A program made the translations under genes and the position numbers. DNA of 64,000 nt from Octopus vulgaris (Eukaryota), in assembly GCA_951406725.2 (NCBI GenBank), contig OX597819.1:23312001-23376000 (forward strand), given 5' to 3'. The notes beneath the pieces are model-generated. The model saw only the letters and a program-made list of their open reading frames with translations. It made no database searches and was not told where the DNA came from. Position 1 is the first letter of the stretch. Each line of letters starts with the position of its first letter. Positions 39,365 to 53,207 of the stretch are shown here, in pieces.

Positions 39365-42300
39365 CCTGTCAAATTATTTTTATTTAGCTCCTTGTCGTCT
39401 CTTACAGAGTTAACAAATGGCATTTAGATTGACAGACAGTTCAATCATTGATAGTGTTTATCCCTGTACTTTAGCTTGTGGGGATCAGGTTAGTAACGAT
39501 ACAATTATTTTTGTGTGTACATATTTTCATATTCGTATAGCATTGAAGTTGAGCTCGGGGATTTAGTATAAATGTGTGTAGATATTTAAAAGTTGTTATA
39601 TGTGTAGTAGCAGTGAATGTCTGTTGAATTCATAATGGATCTGATAATCGGACTAAATGGCGAAGCTAGATCTTGCTGCAGCAACAAGCCATATCACTTG
39701 CATACCAATGTGGTCCCTCGTTTTGATTTCCTTTTATTGTATCGATGCTTTCTGAAAGTTCCTGAATGCCGTCGATGTTCATTGTATTTTAGCACCTTTG
39801 GCAGTTCTAAACACTCACGCCACCTATGGTTTATCATTTATATTTGCATACATAATAGTGTTGTCTTGGGTATGTATTTAACCTGCATCCGGTCGTAGGG
39901 CCCTCGTTTGGAGGTTCCAGGGTTTCACAGAGTGTGGAACCACCTCATTGTTCCAAGGTCAATGTCTTACCTGACCCGGAGTAGACGCACCGGTCAAAGT
40001 CCTAGTAATCGGTTAATTAAATAGTGGTCAGATGCGAATATGGGAATAAACAACTCCAGACTAATTACGGGTCACGCTTTAGGAAGGCGTAGCATCCGGT
40101 AACCACCCAAGCCAGGGGTGCATTGAGATCATGGAATACAGCATGGTGAATATGAACTATTTCGGCCAATCGATTTATTGAGTCAATGACGAATATCATT
40201 GGATACTGAGTGAATTAAAAATAAACAAACTGTCAACGACAGAGCCAACCAGTTTAGTTAGCGAACTACTACAGCTATCATCTGTAGCCGTGACATGCAC
40301 AGATGAGACAGTCACCGATCGAGAAATCCAATATGACTCATTGATCCGGACAAGTCACTCGATTCAGATGATGGGGGGTGGTATATTAAGGGAGCGATCT
40401 GCCATGCCAAGATCGTTGTCATACCGGACAAAATGCTTTGCGATATTTCCTCCGGCTCTTCACATTCTGAGTTCAAATACCGTTGAGATAGACTTTGCCT
40501 TTCAAATTCTCGGGTTGATAAAATAAACACCAATCGAAGAACGGAGTTTGAGTAATAAACTTGATTCTCCCCTCAAAACTGTTGGCCTTGTGCCAAAATT
40601 AGAAAGAAATATTACTCTGTGTAACACGATTTTCGTCCTTGGATAGCAACTATCATTTCCTATCTGCTTGCCCCTAGAAAGTATGTAAAATGGCTAATAT
40701 TGCCTTCAAATTTTATTTTTCTTACATTTTTTTCAAACCGCAAAGGATACCGCTTAACACTTGGCTATGATACTCGCCCACTACTCCTACTCATGATCAG
40801 AGATGCACATGTCGTCAGCCACTAAGAACCATGCTCAATTGGTTAAGGTCAAGCAACTGACAAGCAAATCTGTAGTATTGAGCAAAATATTTGCTATAAC
40901 GATATTTCTGCTTCAGCAACTCAGCACTGAATCCTTTTTCAAATGTGATGGAAAATTGGTCAGTTTCAAAACATTGATGTCCAGGTTACAAAAGCAAAGT
41001 TTGAAGGGAATAGTAGTCATTCCATTTGATTTTTAGATAGAAGCAAATAGGAAATAACACTTACTGACCAAAGACAAAAAATATTTTTTTAATATTTTCA
41101 GCGTTATTTATACCATTCTCAAACAAATTCTTTCGTACATCCCGTTGCAAAAATCAGCATACCTTTTCCTTCGTGTGTTATAATAAATATAACCAGTTGG
41201 TTTAGCTTCAGGATTATATTGCGTTACAAAAATCACGCTATTTAAGCGATCTGAAAGTTCAGAGAACGACTGACAGAAAAACAGGTTTAAGTTTTTACTT
41301 AGATAGAAAGTGAGGCGTTTTTATCTTACGAAAGAATACTACTTCAGTGGAATGTAGAATTTTAAGAGTGATGTGTAGAAGAAGAGTAGAATCATCATTA
41401 CCAAGAAACCTGATAAATTGTGTCATTAATATCTCATTATTTTCGACAAATTCTTTCATCTTCCTTCATCAACCACAAGTCCGTCTTATTCGTCTGTTAA
41501 GATGCAATTAATTTCTAAGAGTTCTGCAATTTTTTAGATCCTACGAATGGCTTTGGTTCATACAATATTACAGCCGACCCCTGTGTATGTTTCAAGTTTG
41601 TACGCGTATGTATTCGTGGTTGTGTATATATATATTTCAAATTTTTCGATATTTTAATATATATCTGTCATATCTACGCATTTGAGATGTTGATTTACTT
41701 CTTTGAATCAATCTCTATGGCTTAATTATTACTATATCAATGGAAAAAGAGATTTCTGAGATTGTGTGTTTGTTGTTCTCTTCAATATTCACAAAGGATT
41801 TCTCTGCTATATAAAGTGTACAACTTGTCAATCTTTATAACAATACACTTAATGTGTATACCGTTTGTCTCTTTTTCTTATTTCAGTTCACTTATCTCCA
41901 TTTCTTTCCTTTTCATATTCTTATAGTTTGCACTCTCTTCGTTCTATTCCGTTTTCACTGACATTTTATCTCTGTTCTTCTGTTCAGATTCTCTAAGATT
42001 ACTGAATTTAATGTGGTTGAACTGCATCTATCTCACAAAACATCGTTAGATTGACATCCAGAGAAATTGTAAGAAATTGCACGCCCCTTAACAGTCTACC
42101 ACAGTTCCTGCCAACCAAATTTCGCAAGTCTTTGGTCGATCGGTGACTTTTGTGTAGAACACTTGTCGTGTATGCTCTTCAGTCGAAGACAACTCGACAC
42201 GACGAACTTGCGAAGCTAACAGACGCAGCCATTGTTGTGTTGTTATTGCAACTATACCTGTTCTCGTACCATAGATTCTATTTTTTTTGACAACGCTTTA

Positions 42301-42955
42301 TCAGTTGCTGCTGTAGCGAGGCTTCAGCCGAGATTCGAAATCACCGCCTTAAGAATTCTAGCTTAGAATCTCAGCCTAAGTATTTTTTTTAATAAATAAG
42401 GTATAAACGCGAACATGACTCGGTCAATCAGATCGGCTAGAGTGTCACCAAGTGACTTGGAATCTTCCCACCTAATAGCTATAGAACACCAAGAAAATCC
42501 ATCCACAATATCCCACGGAGCTATGCCGCTCTGCTCAGTGAAATGGTCTCTCACTCGCCTGAAAAGATTTGTTACAACACAAACTTGGGGTGATACTCCA
42601 GTTTAAGTCAGTCACCTTTGTGATAAGACATTCTTATTTCTACTAAATTTACTCTGAATAATTATGAAGTCATCGTAGAGGCATTTAACATATGCAGCGA
42701 AAACTTGAACATTTTCCTTCGATATCTCTTGAATATTATCCAATTTATTCAGCTATTTATATATGTAAACGCAAATGCTCACGGTTAATAAAAGCGTATG
42801 AGGACTAATATGAGTGTAACAAGGAGCCAGTAAAATGTTGCCATTGATTTATTACTATTTAACGACCTTAAAACCAAATTAAACTGTGCTCATCAAGTAT
42901 ATCGCTATTATTTCTAGAGTTGTTATCTTTAAGTTGTAATTACTTTTTCTAATGC

Positions 42956-43524
42956 TATTGGGTTGTTCGAAAAGTTCGTGCCAATTTTTAAAGGAAAGCA
43001 AAAGGTCAATAAGTACTTGCCATTACATTTTTAATCAACCAAATATGAACCATTTTGTTGCACAATGCGTCTCCATCTTTCCTTTAACTTGAAAATACCC
43101 TCTTGCCAGAATTGAGGTGGTTTCATGGCAAAGAATTCATCAAGGTATCATTTTACGTCATCCAAGGAATTGACAGTTTTACCATTAAGACTATTCTGCA
43201 GAGACCTGAATGAGTGAAAATCGGAAGGAGCAATATCTGGTGAATATGGAGGGTGGGGTAACACATCCCAGCCGAGTTGCAGCAATTTTTGTCTGTTTCC
43301 CAATGCATCAAGTGCCGAAAATGAACATTCTTATCTTCCATTTTAAAGGGTTACAGATTTAACACAGGTTATAGGAACATAAACCTTCTTCCACGAAAAG
43401 ATATCTTAAACTATCTCTAAATGGAGGTGTAGTAAAATCCTATATTATGGACTCAACCATGTTCTAAAATAAGTCGAAAGGTAAGCTACTATAAATCGGC
43501 ACGAACTTTCCGGACAACCTAATA
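42956..43524 (-). mobile_element. Mariner deletion derivative
   Basis: TIRs tattgggttgttcgaaaagttcgtgcc / ggcacgaactttccggacaacctaata. MEDKNVHFRH is fused directly to WDVLPHPPYSPDIAPSDFH. Confidence 0.92.
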
Positions 43525-43984
43525 TTAAGTTACTATTTACCTTGCTACAGTCTTCATAAACATATTTCTGTTACTATAATCTATCCAGGTTTGAGTATAA
43601 AATTATTAACTTCAAATTCAGCTGCCCAATGTTGTTGTTGCCGGTGATACTGCACTACAAATCATTCTGCGATTCTTTATGTCACCAGCAAAGTCACAAC
43701 ATCGAAGTTTCAGCTACGAAATTTGTCATAGAATGTTATCCGCATATTTCGAATAATGCAGCAATTAAGTAATAATATTCGTCCTGATTTATTTTTCTTT
43801 TGGAAGAATTTGGCATTAGATTTTCATAAAATTGATTTAAGCAATAACAAGCAATTGCACAGAACATCGGACTTGGATTGGAAGGAGGATGTTCTTTCAT
43901 CTACGCTTTTTCCATTTCAAAATAATTGAGATTATTATAAACGTGTGTGCGTACATAATAATATAAATACACATACATACACTT

Positions 43985-44066
<82 letters not shown>

Positions 44067-44075
44067 ATGTGTATA

Positions 44076-44115
<40 letters not shown>

Positions 44116-45347
44116 TATGTATATATATATGTATATATATGTGTATTTATGTATATATATATATATATGAGTGTGTGTGTGTATATGTATATGATTGTAT
44201 ATATAGATGTGTGTGTATATATATGTATATATGCGTATACACACACACATATATATATATATATATAGCGCTACAGATTTCTTCCAGATTGTCTCTGTTC
44301 TGTTTTGAAAAGAATACAATTCTTCAATGCTAAAAGAATATTAATGTAAAGGATGTGTTCTGACGATAACTCTAAAAAGAATACGGTTGATAATTAGAAT
44401 TAAAAGTAAAAATAGAAAATAAACTATAGACAGGAAATGTGAATGGCAAATTCAGCTCAAGATAAAAATCATTGGCTTTCACTCTAAACTCGTGATCATA
44501 ATGGAAGCCAGCCATCCTAACATTTTCAAAGTCGATATTGGGCGTTTTCTCGGTATCCTTGACTTTGTCTTTTTCATTTTTTTTTTAATGGAACTAATCT
44601 CAAATCAAACGTCATTTTGTAATGTGCATTGTAATTTGATATTTCATTGATAAATTTCAATTGATACATTAACAAAGGTACCTTCTTTTTTTTTTTACTA
44701 AAACTGTTTTATTTGTTACTTTCTGTGTGCTTCGTTTTGCATTTATTTTCTGATATGTTTCCATATACTTTAAAGCAATGATATAGTTAAACATTTACCT
44801 CAACTATAACACAACAGGAAGAATGTGAGTTGTAATAATTAAATCCTATTAAAAGAGACTTCTAAATTTCTACACTGTTTTGTCATAGATGTAGTTTTAG
44901 ATTAGACCAATAAGATGTCAGCCTCACATAAATAATATTTGCATCCCCATCATTATAGCTGTTAATGGAGTCGTTTTATAAGAAGTTCCTTAGAAGATTT
45001 TAATCGATATCAAATTAACCATGTCAAAGAAACGTCGGGCCAATAGAGGTGCCTCTATTGAGTCACTCAGCATGATATAACAACCAAATTTCCCTCAAAT
45101 TGCAACAGCCTTTTTAGAAATACGGGTGCAGAACCTATATAGTTCTATATGCCTCAAATAAGACGGTGTAGTCATGGATGGCGCGCCTTTAATCATACGA
45201 CTGCTCTATCAGAGTTGACCCGGAGATAAACAATAACAGCAGCAATAACAACAACCAATAAAAATAACGCATTCATCGACAGGACACACAGTTTCATGGA
45301 TATTCTAATTTAACGAGAAAATATAACTGTTATCCATTCACTCTCAA

Positions 45348-45862
45348 TACGAGGAGGTGATGAAGAGTTGCTGGCTCTGGGTAAAAGAAAATACAGGAGG
45401 ACAAGTTAATTATTATTTTATTCAAAACTAGCAGTATCGCCCGGCGTTGCTCGGGTTTGTAAGGGAAATAACTATATAAGCATTTTAGAGAGTTACTTCC
45501 CTTATATAATAGCAAAAAATGCATTAAAAATGGGAAAAAATTATGGTAATTTTTTTTTAAATCGTAGACTCATCGTAGACGCGCGCTAATACCCAGAAGG
45601 GCTTGATATGAATCACGACTATAAAATACCCGCTTTTGGTTAAACTGCACCACAAAATGTGGGAGTAGTTAGGAATCTAAATCGTAGGAGACAGACACAC
45701 AACTTCACTTTTATATATAAAGATATTCCCCTCTCTGATTCACACACTTGTTGCAGCGGTCCTTCAGTTTTTCTAAGCCCCGTAAAAGAACTCGGAAGTT
45801 TGGGCCTCAAACCAGGCCTTTCACGATACCCTTAAAGCGAGGAACTTTCAGCTCACCCTGGT
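45348..45862. mobile_element. Second copy of the mariner-type MITE, interrupted by a Helitron
   Basis: Both halves align with the 36963-38038 MITE. Confidence 0.82.
45428..45723 (-). mobile_element. Non-autonomous Helitron (~296 bp)
   Basis: Minus strand 5'-TCtttatatataaaa..., subterminal hairpin cccgagcaacgccggg, ...CTAG-3'. Inserted between A and T with no TSD. Confidence 0.88.
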
Positions 45863-46735
45863 TCTTTCTGGAGAATTCGAATGTGACTACGTTGATCGTT
45901 GTTCTATTTCGTCATCGGAGAATATCTCATCCCTTTAGTCGATATGTATTCATAGTAGTACACGTGATTCATTGGTGCCAAAGGATTTTGAGATACAACA
46001 GTGTTTCGAACTGGTTGTGCGGCCTCTGCAGTCAAAGCTGCCTTCGGATCAATGATTCTAACAAGAGCACTAGCTTTTGTTTATAGAAAACAGCAAACAA
46101 ATTATTTGATGATGCGTGAAGTCTACCAAGCTGATAATAATTGATAAACTGCATCAGCGAGAATCCAAACAATCCTTAATGAATTTCGTGTGTTATGAGC
46201 AGGCATCACCTATAGATGGCGGAGATGTTCTCCGATGGCTAAATACATAAGCAGCCAGCATATTCACGTTCGAATGTTTTGAGAATGAATAGACGGGTTA
46301 CATTTGGATTTTCGCTGTTCTGTAAGAATCCTATCCTCATAAATTAATACCAGCTCTTCAGTTGTCATATATTTTAATGAATTTTAATTTCGAATAGAAT
46401 GTTAAATATCACTGAAGTTTAACAAAGAATGATTAATATTAGTACAAATCAAATTTTCGTACATTTATTGAAATCTGTATTTTAAAACAATTGGGGCAAT
46501 GCTGTTACTTCTATAGAAATTACTCACTAAAAAGAGAAGAGATATAAAACCAAATTCTACAGTGTAAATGTACTCACCTAATACCTACAGGATACAGCAC
46601 AGACTTATCCCTGTACAATTATCCTTTGATTAGTGCATGAAGTTAATCTTGAGACTTTAAAAAACGTTAATCAGAACTGTACCAAGGTTAACTGTTATTT
46701 ATGGTGAAACATGATAAAAGAATTGTTTTACTTTA

Positions 46736-47338
46736 GGGCGGCAAGCTGGCAGAAACGTTAGCACGCCGGGCGAAATGCTTAGTGGTATTTCGTTTGTCCT
46801 TACGTTCAAGGTTCAAATTCCGCCGATGTCGACTTTGCCTTTCATCCTTTCGGGGTCGGTAAATTAAGTACCAGTTACGCACTGGGGTCGATACAATCGA
46901 CTTAATCCGTTTGTCTGTCCTTGTTTATCCTCTCTGTGTTTAGCCCCTTGTGGGTAGTAAAGAAATAGCTATTTCGTCTGTCTTGACGTTCTGAGTTTAA
47001 ATTCCGCCGAGGTCGACTTTGCCTTTCATCCTTTCAGGGTCGATTAAATAAATACCAGTTACGCACTGGGGTCGATACAATCGATTTAATCCATTTGTCT
47101 GTCCTTGTTTGTCCTCTCTGTGTTTAGCCCCTTGTGGGTAGTAAAGAAATAGCTATTTCGTCAGTGTTGACGTTCTGAGTTTAAATTCCGCCGAGCTCGA
47201 CTTTGCCTTTCATCCTTTCGGGGTCGATTAAATAAATACCAGTTACGCACTGGGGTCGATACAATCGATTTAATCAGTTTGTCTGTCCTTGTTTGTCCCC
47301 TCTGTGTGTGTGACCCCTTGTGGGCAGTAAAGAAATAA
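46736..47338 (+). mobile_element. SINE family A trimer
   Basis: One head and three ~184-bp units. Confidence 0.92.
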
Positions 47339-48714
47339 GAATTGTTTTACTTTCCCTATATTTGAATTTTAATTTGTGTTAAGCGGTCATGAGATGTGGA
47401 AACTAGCATAACAAGTAAAAGAAAATAGACGCTTTCCTTCTTTCGCCTGACCAATGGATTTTAAATCGTACTAATTTTAAAATGGTATTAATTAGATGTG
47501 GTGTAACTCTGAGGGTCGGCTATCAGAGAGAAGACAATCCTGTTTGGATTAAATTAGCTTGAGACAGGGGATTGAAGTTTGAAATTTAAATGAAAGAGTA
47601 AAGAAGGTGTAAAATATATACACAGTTAATATTTCGTTTTCCTACACGTTATAATGGTCTTAAAATTCTTATTCGTCGGTAGCCATGTACACTCGAATGT
47701 TTTGCGCATTAACTGAGGTTTTGCCGCGATCTTTACGAATTTTATCATACTAATTAAAACACACACGAAATAGAACCGTAGTAACGGAAAGTCATCAATA
47801 ATGCTTTAGAGTGAAATAAATATTTAAAGATTTATTGGTTCCTGCAGTTGTAACCCTAATTGTAGGATAAACACTGACCATATAAATGTCTGATCCTGTT
47901 TTATATTTCAGAAGTCTTCTAAAGCACCGTATTTTATGCTTGACTGAGTAAATCAATTCACTATATTTTGTTTTCTTTTTGTTAACCTAACTTTATACGC
48001 CATATATTGAATTTGTTTTTGGTAAATACAACAACAACAACAACAACAACGAACATTATTGAATTCTAACTGAACGAAAAACAACTCCAAGTGATTCGTT
48101 ATCAGAGATGTCACAGTGACCTGATAAAAGTACACTATTGTAAAAGATTACCGCATTCTGCAACTGACATAGTAATTCGGACTGAAACAACTTGCGTTTA
48201 ATTAGATGTTGATGGGAAGTGACATCATAGTATCGATGATGTCATCGATAGAATTACATTTGGTAGAGTGATACGTCATCGATTGAGGGTGTATGAGAGA
48301 AACAATGACATCACTGACGGAATATCGTTTTGTTGGAATTGTGCTTTTATAATATGGGCTTTTATGGAACTCTGCGAGATGCCAGGTTTAATAATGTTAG
48401 ATTAACTCAAAATGATGGATTATTGTTTGGTGAAATAACGCAGAGGGAATTATATTTTTACCAGTGTGACTTCAGGAAAGTAATAACTGAACGTTTTGTT
48501 TTTTTTCCAATATTACACCAGAAACAATATATTGTTTATCAAGTGATGTTGCATTTAGGACAACATATCACAATATTGAAACAAAACAATGAAGAACTGG
48601 GTGACATGGCTGGAAGACAACTAAATATATTGATAACTGACTCATTGGATACGTGTCTCGTGTGTTGCTTGTATATCTCCTACCGATACTCGATCAGTGT
48701 GTGAGCATGTCTGG

Positions 48715-49402
<688 letters not shown>

Positions 49403-49455
49403 GTTTAAATATTTGTTGTGCAAGATTTTTTATGTGAAGTCGTGTGTTGAAACAG

Positions 49456-49925
49456 ATATTGTTATATTTCGGAATGGTCATTTTGCCAGTTTAGCCAATA
49501 AAAACACACGCACTATATATTTGGTGTTACTTTGCTTCAGTGTTATTTATTTTTTACATTAATCTTAATCTTATTTCGGCCAGAGTTCTTTCGTCACACT
49601 CCTGTGACCGCATCAGTGGTCCTTTGTTTTCTTCTCACTTATTTGTGTCTCTCCTTACTAACCGTCTGATGGACTGGTCGGTCACGTGATCACGTGATAT
49701 ATATATACATATATCAATATGTATATATATGTATATACTAAACACAGTGAGAAGAAAACAAAGGACCACTGATGCGGTCACAGGAGTGTGACGAAAGAAC
49801 TCTGGCCGAAATAAGATTAAGATTAATGTAAAAAATAAATAACACTGAAGCAAAGTAACACCAAATATATAGTGCGTGTGTTTTTATTGGCTAAACTGGC
49901 AAAATGACCATTCCGAAATATAACA

Positions 49926-49929
<4 letters not shown>
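49456..49929. repeat. Near-perfect inverted repeat (~184-bp arms) with a hammerhead-like motif in each arm (49578-49622 minus, 49763-49807 plus)
   Basis: 49456-49639 is the reverse complement of 49746-49929. GGACCA-CUGAUGCG-GUCACA(ggag)UGUGAC-GAAA-GAAC-UC/-UGGCC. Confidence 0.8.
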
Positions 49930-50015
<86 letters not shown>

Positions 50016-50056
50016 TATATACATATATATATACATATATACATATATATATATAC

Positions 50057-50089
<33 letters not shown>

Positions 50090-50369
50090 CACATATATAT
50101 ATATACATATATATATATACATATATATATATACATATATATATGATATATACATATGTATATATGTATATATATATATATACATATATATACATATATA
50201 TATACATATATATATGTATATATACATATGTATATATGTATATATATATATATGTATATATATATATGTATATTAATCAAAATAAAAACATGATGCCAAG
50301 GATTCAGCGGTACATATGTTTTATATATATACATATATATATATGTATATATATATATGTATATATCTG

Positions 50370-50402
<33 letters not shown>

Positions 50403-50654
50403 TATACATATATATATATATGTATATATTTGTATATATATATATACATATATATACATATATATGTCCTTACGTTCTGAGTTCAAATTCCGCTGATGTC
50501 GACTTTGCCTTTCATTCTTTCGGGGTCGGTAAATTAAGTACCAGTTACGCACTGGGGTCGATACAATCGACTTAATCCGTTTGTCTGTCCTTGTTTGTCC
50601 TCTCTGTGTTTAGTATATACATATATATACATATTGATATATGTATATATATAT

Positions 50655-50962
50655 ATCACGTGATCACGTGACCGACCAGTCCATCAGATGTAGTTACGCA
50701 TCGCTGGTCACAATGCGTTCGCATTGTTTTAGCCTTCTAATGACGCTACCCCGCTGGCTAAGCGAGCAGGCCAACAGAAGAAAGAGTGGGAGAAAGAGTG
50801 GTGAAAGAGTACAGCAGGGATCACCACCCCCTGCCGGAGACTCGTGGAGCTTTTAGGTGTTTTCGCTCAATAAACACACACAACACCCGGTCTGGGAATC
50901 GAAACCGCGATCCTACAACCGCGAGTTCGCTGCCCTAACCACTAGGCCATTGCGATTCCACG
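50655..50962 (-). mobile_element. SINE family C with a third body type
   Basis: Same tRNA head as 14212 and 37049. Different 3' part ending in (tcacgtga)2. Confidence 0.8.
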
Positions 50963-51475
50963 TGGAACAAACCTATCCGTTTTCTTGACTTTTCCAATTT
51001 TTTAATGGTGTCCAAAAACAGTTGTGCGAGATGTTTGGAGTTCTAATGAAAGTTTTCGAACCTTCGTTCTCGGGTTTTGTTCAACCAAAGCATTAAATCT
51101 ATCATGCCGAATAAGTGATTTTGACCTACCCCTTGGTTTATTTTCAAGGCTATCATCTCCTGAACGAGAGCTTTGGAACCATCTCTGAACAGTTCTGATG
51201 TCAACAAAACCATTACCAAAGGCCCGCTTGATAGCTTGATATTCCGTAGAGCATCTGCGGCAGAGTGACCCAGTTTGTACTCATACGAGAAAATCACTCG
51301 ACATAGTTTGGTTGTTGTCCTGTTCATAAGGTCTGTGGGTACGAATTTTGTATTCCAAAATTGTTGGGAAAGAAAAAGAGTCAAGGTTAAATGCAAGGTA
51401 TACATAATTGACTTTTTAAATGGCTGAAATAACAAGTAATTAAAAATGCAACATTTCATCTGAAACAACCTAATA
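50963..51475 (-). mobile_element. Mariner 5' fragment
   Basis: TIR tattaggttgtttcagatgaaatg; YEYKLGHSAADA, RTVQRWF, KPRGRSKS, KKTDRFVP. Confidence 0.85.
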
Positions 51476-52802
51476 TATCGACTTTGGTATTATTATTACT
51501 TTCATGGCTAATAACGAATTTTTATCCAGCTCTAGCTATTTGTGACACAACAAACTGACTAATTGGTGTTCGTTTATATATAAGTAGAGGGTGAAATGTC
51601 TAGGTATGCGGTGATAAATTATGTTTGCGTCCGGTGACGCGCAAATACTCAGAAATTACGTGATCTTGCAGCTCCACCGCTGCTACCAGACATCTAACGT
51701 CTACTATTAATAAATATGTGCTTTTTAGCACTACATATCTGCACGAGATGTTTTCTCAAAATGAATACGCAGAATTGTGACTTTTTTTAGTATATCCACA
51801 TTAAGTAAGGTATAGAGATTGCTTTCCAGATGGATATAAAATTAGATAGACGCTTATGTTTATAAACAAGGTGAAAATAAGCCCGAATACAAGATGTGAA
51901 GTTGTTTTATTATTTTGAAGCTTAAACTGCTCAAATTACAGCTTTTTTTTTTTTTCATGTTCCCGTTTCTCGGTTGACCGTAACTGTAGGGTTTTGGTTT
52001 TTTTTACATCTTAACTTTTCTTTGCTGGGTTTTATCGTTCACATTTGCCAACCAGATATGAATAATAAAGGGTTGCATTACGATTATGACAGCAGTTATT
52101 ACGATTCAGTGATGTCAACCGTACAAAAGTACGTTTGTTCTCAGAAATAATGAGCTGGAAACTGAGATAGACTTTCTTAATGAAAAACATTAATGTATTC
52201 GAGCGTCACTCGTAGTTTCGGCCTAATTAGTTGTCACCTGTTCCGCAGTTGTAAAAGAAGCTAATCAGAGGTTGGAATGGCGACAAAATTATTTATTTAG
52301 CCCTAGGACTCATAAGGCAAGCTACCCGGTTTCCATAGCACATTAAATATTGAGATTACAACGTCACTACTGAATGGAACGCCGGTCCGTTTCAAGGCCC
52401 CAAGCCAGCAGTTTCGAAGCGACAGGACATGTCGATTGCATCGACTCCAAGTACTTGACTGGTACTTTCTTTTAGCGACTCTGAAATGATGAAAGCAAAG
52501 CGACCTGTGCGGGACTTGTCTCAGAATATAAAGAACCGGAAAAAATGCAGCTAAACGTTTTGTTCGACGCGCTAACGGTTCTAACAGCTCGCCGCCTTCG
52601 AAAGTGTTTAGAAGGGTAAATATACAGTCTTAAAACTTTTGATATCAACCCAACTCGGACCTACAATTTAGTCCTGTAAACTGAGGAGTAGGATTTGACC
52701 AGTGCGATTTCGTTTTGCTATATCACGATAAAAGGTAAGAGCAGATGGCCACATGGTTCTCTGTTTACAACGAGCTAAATAACAGAAGCATAGTTATTTC
52801 GG

Positions 52803-53207
52803 CCTTCTTTTACTCTTTTACTCTTCTACTTGTTTCAGTCATTTGACTGTGGCCATGCTGGAGCACCGCCTTTAGTCGAGTAAATCGACCCCAGGACTTA
52901 TTCATTGTAAGCCTAGTACTTATTCTATCGGTCTCTTTTGCCGAACCGCTAAGTTACGGGGATGTAACCACACCAGCATCGGTTGTCAAGCGATGTTGGT
53001 GGGGAAGACAAACACAGACACACAAACATATACACACACACATATATATATATATATACATATATACGACGGGCTTCTTTCAGTTTCCGTCTACCAAATT
53101 CACTCACAAGGCTTTGGTCGGTCCGAGGCTATAGTAGAAGACACTTGCCCATGTTGCCACGCAGTGGGACTGAACCCCGAACCATGTGGTTCGTAAGCAA
53201 GCTACTT
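52803..53207 (-). mobile_element. SINE family B, 3' part (head continues at 55852-55888)
   Basis: The SINE is split by the Tx1 insertion. Confidence 0.9.

Noticed and set aside
46579-46611. 33-nt minus-strand micro-exon candidate (cag|...|gtgagt)
   Set aside because: Weak polypyrimidine tract, and its only open frame does not match the phase-0 donor of the 56934 candidate.
48636-48702. Possible hammerhead relic on the minus strand (CUGAUCGA...GAGA-CACGUA-UC)
   Set aside because: Multiple core mismatches and no stem I.
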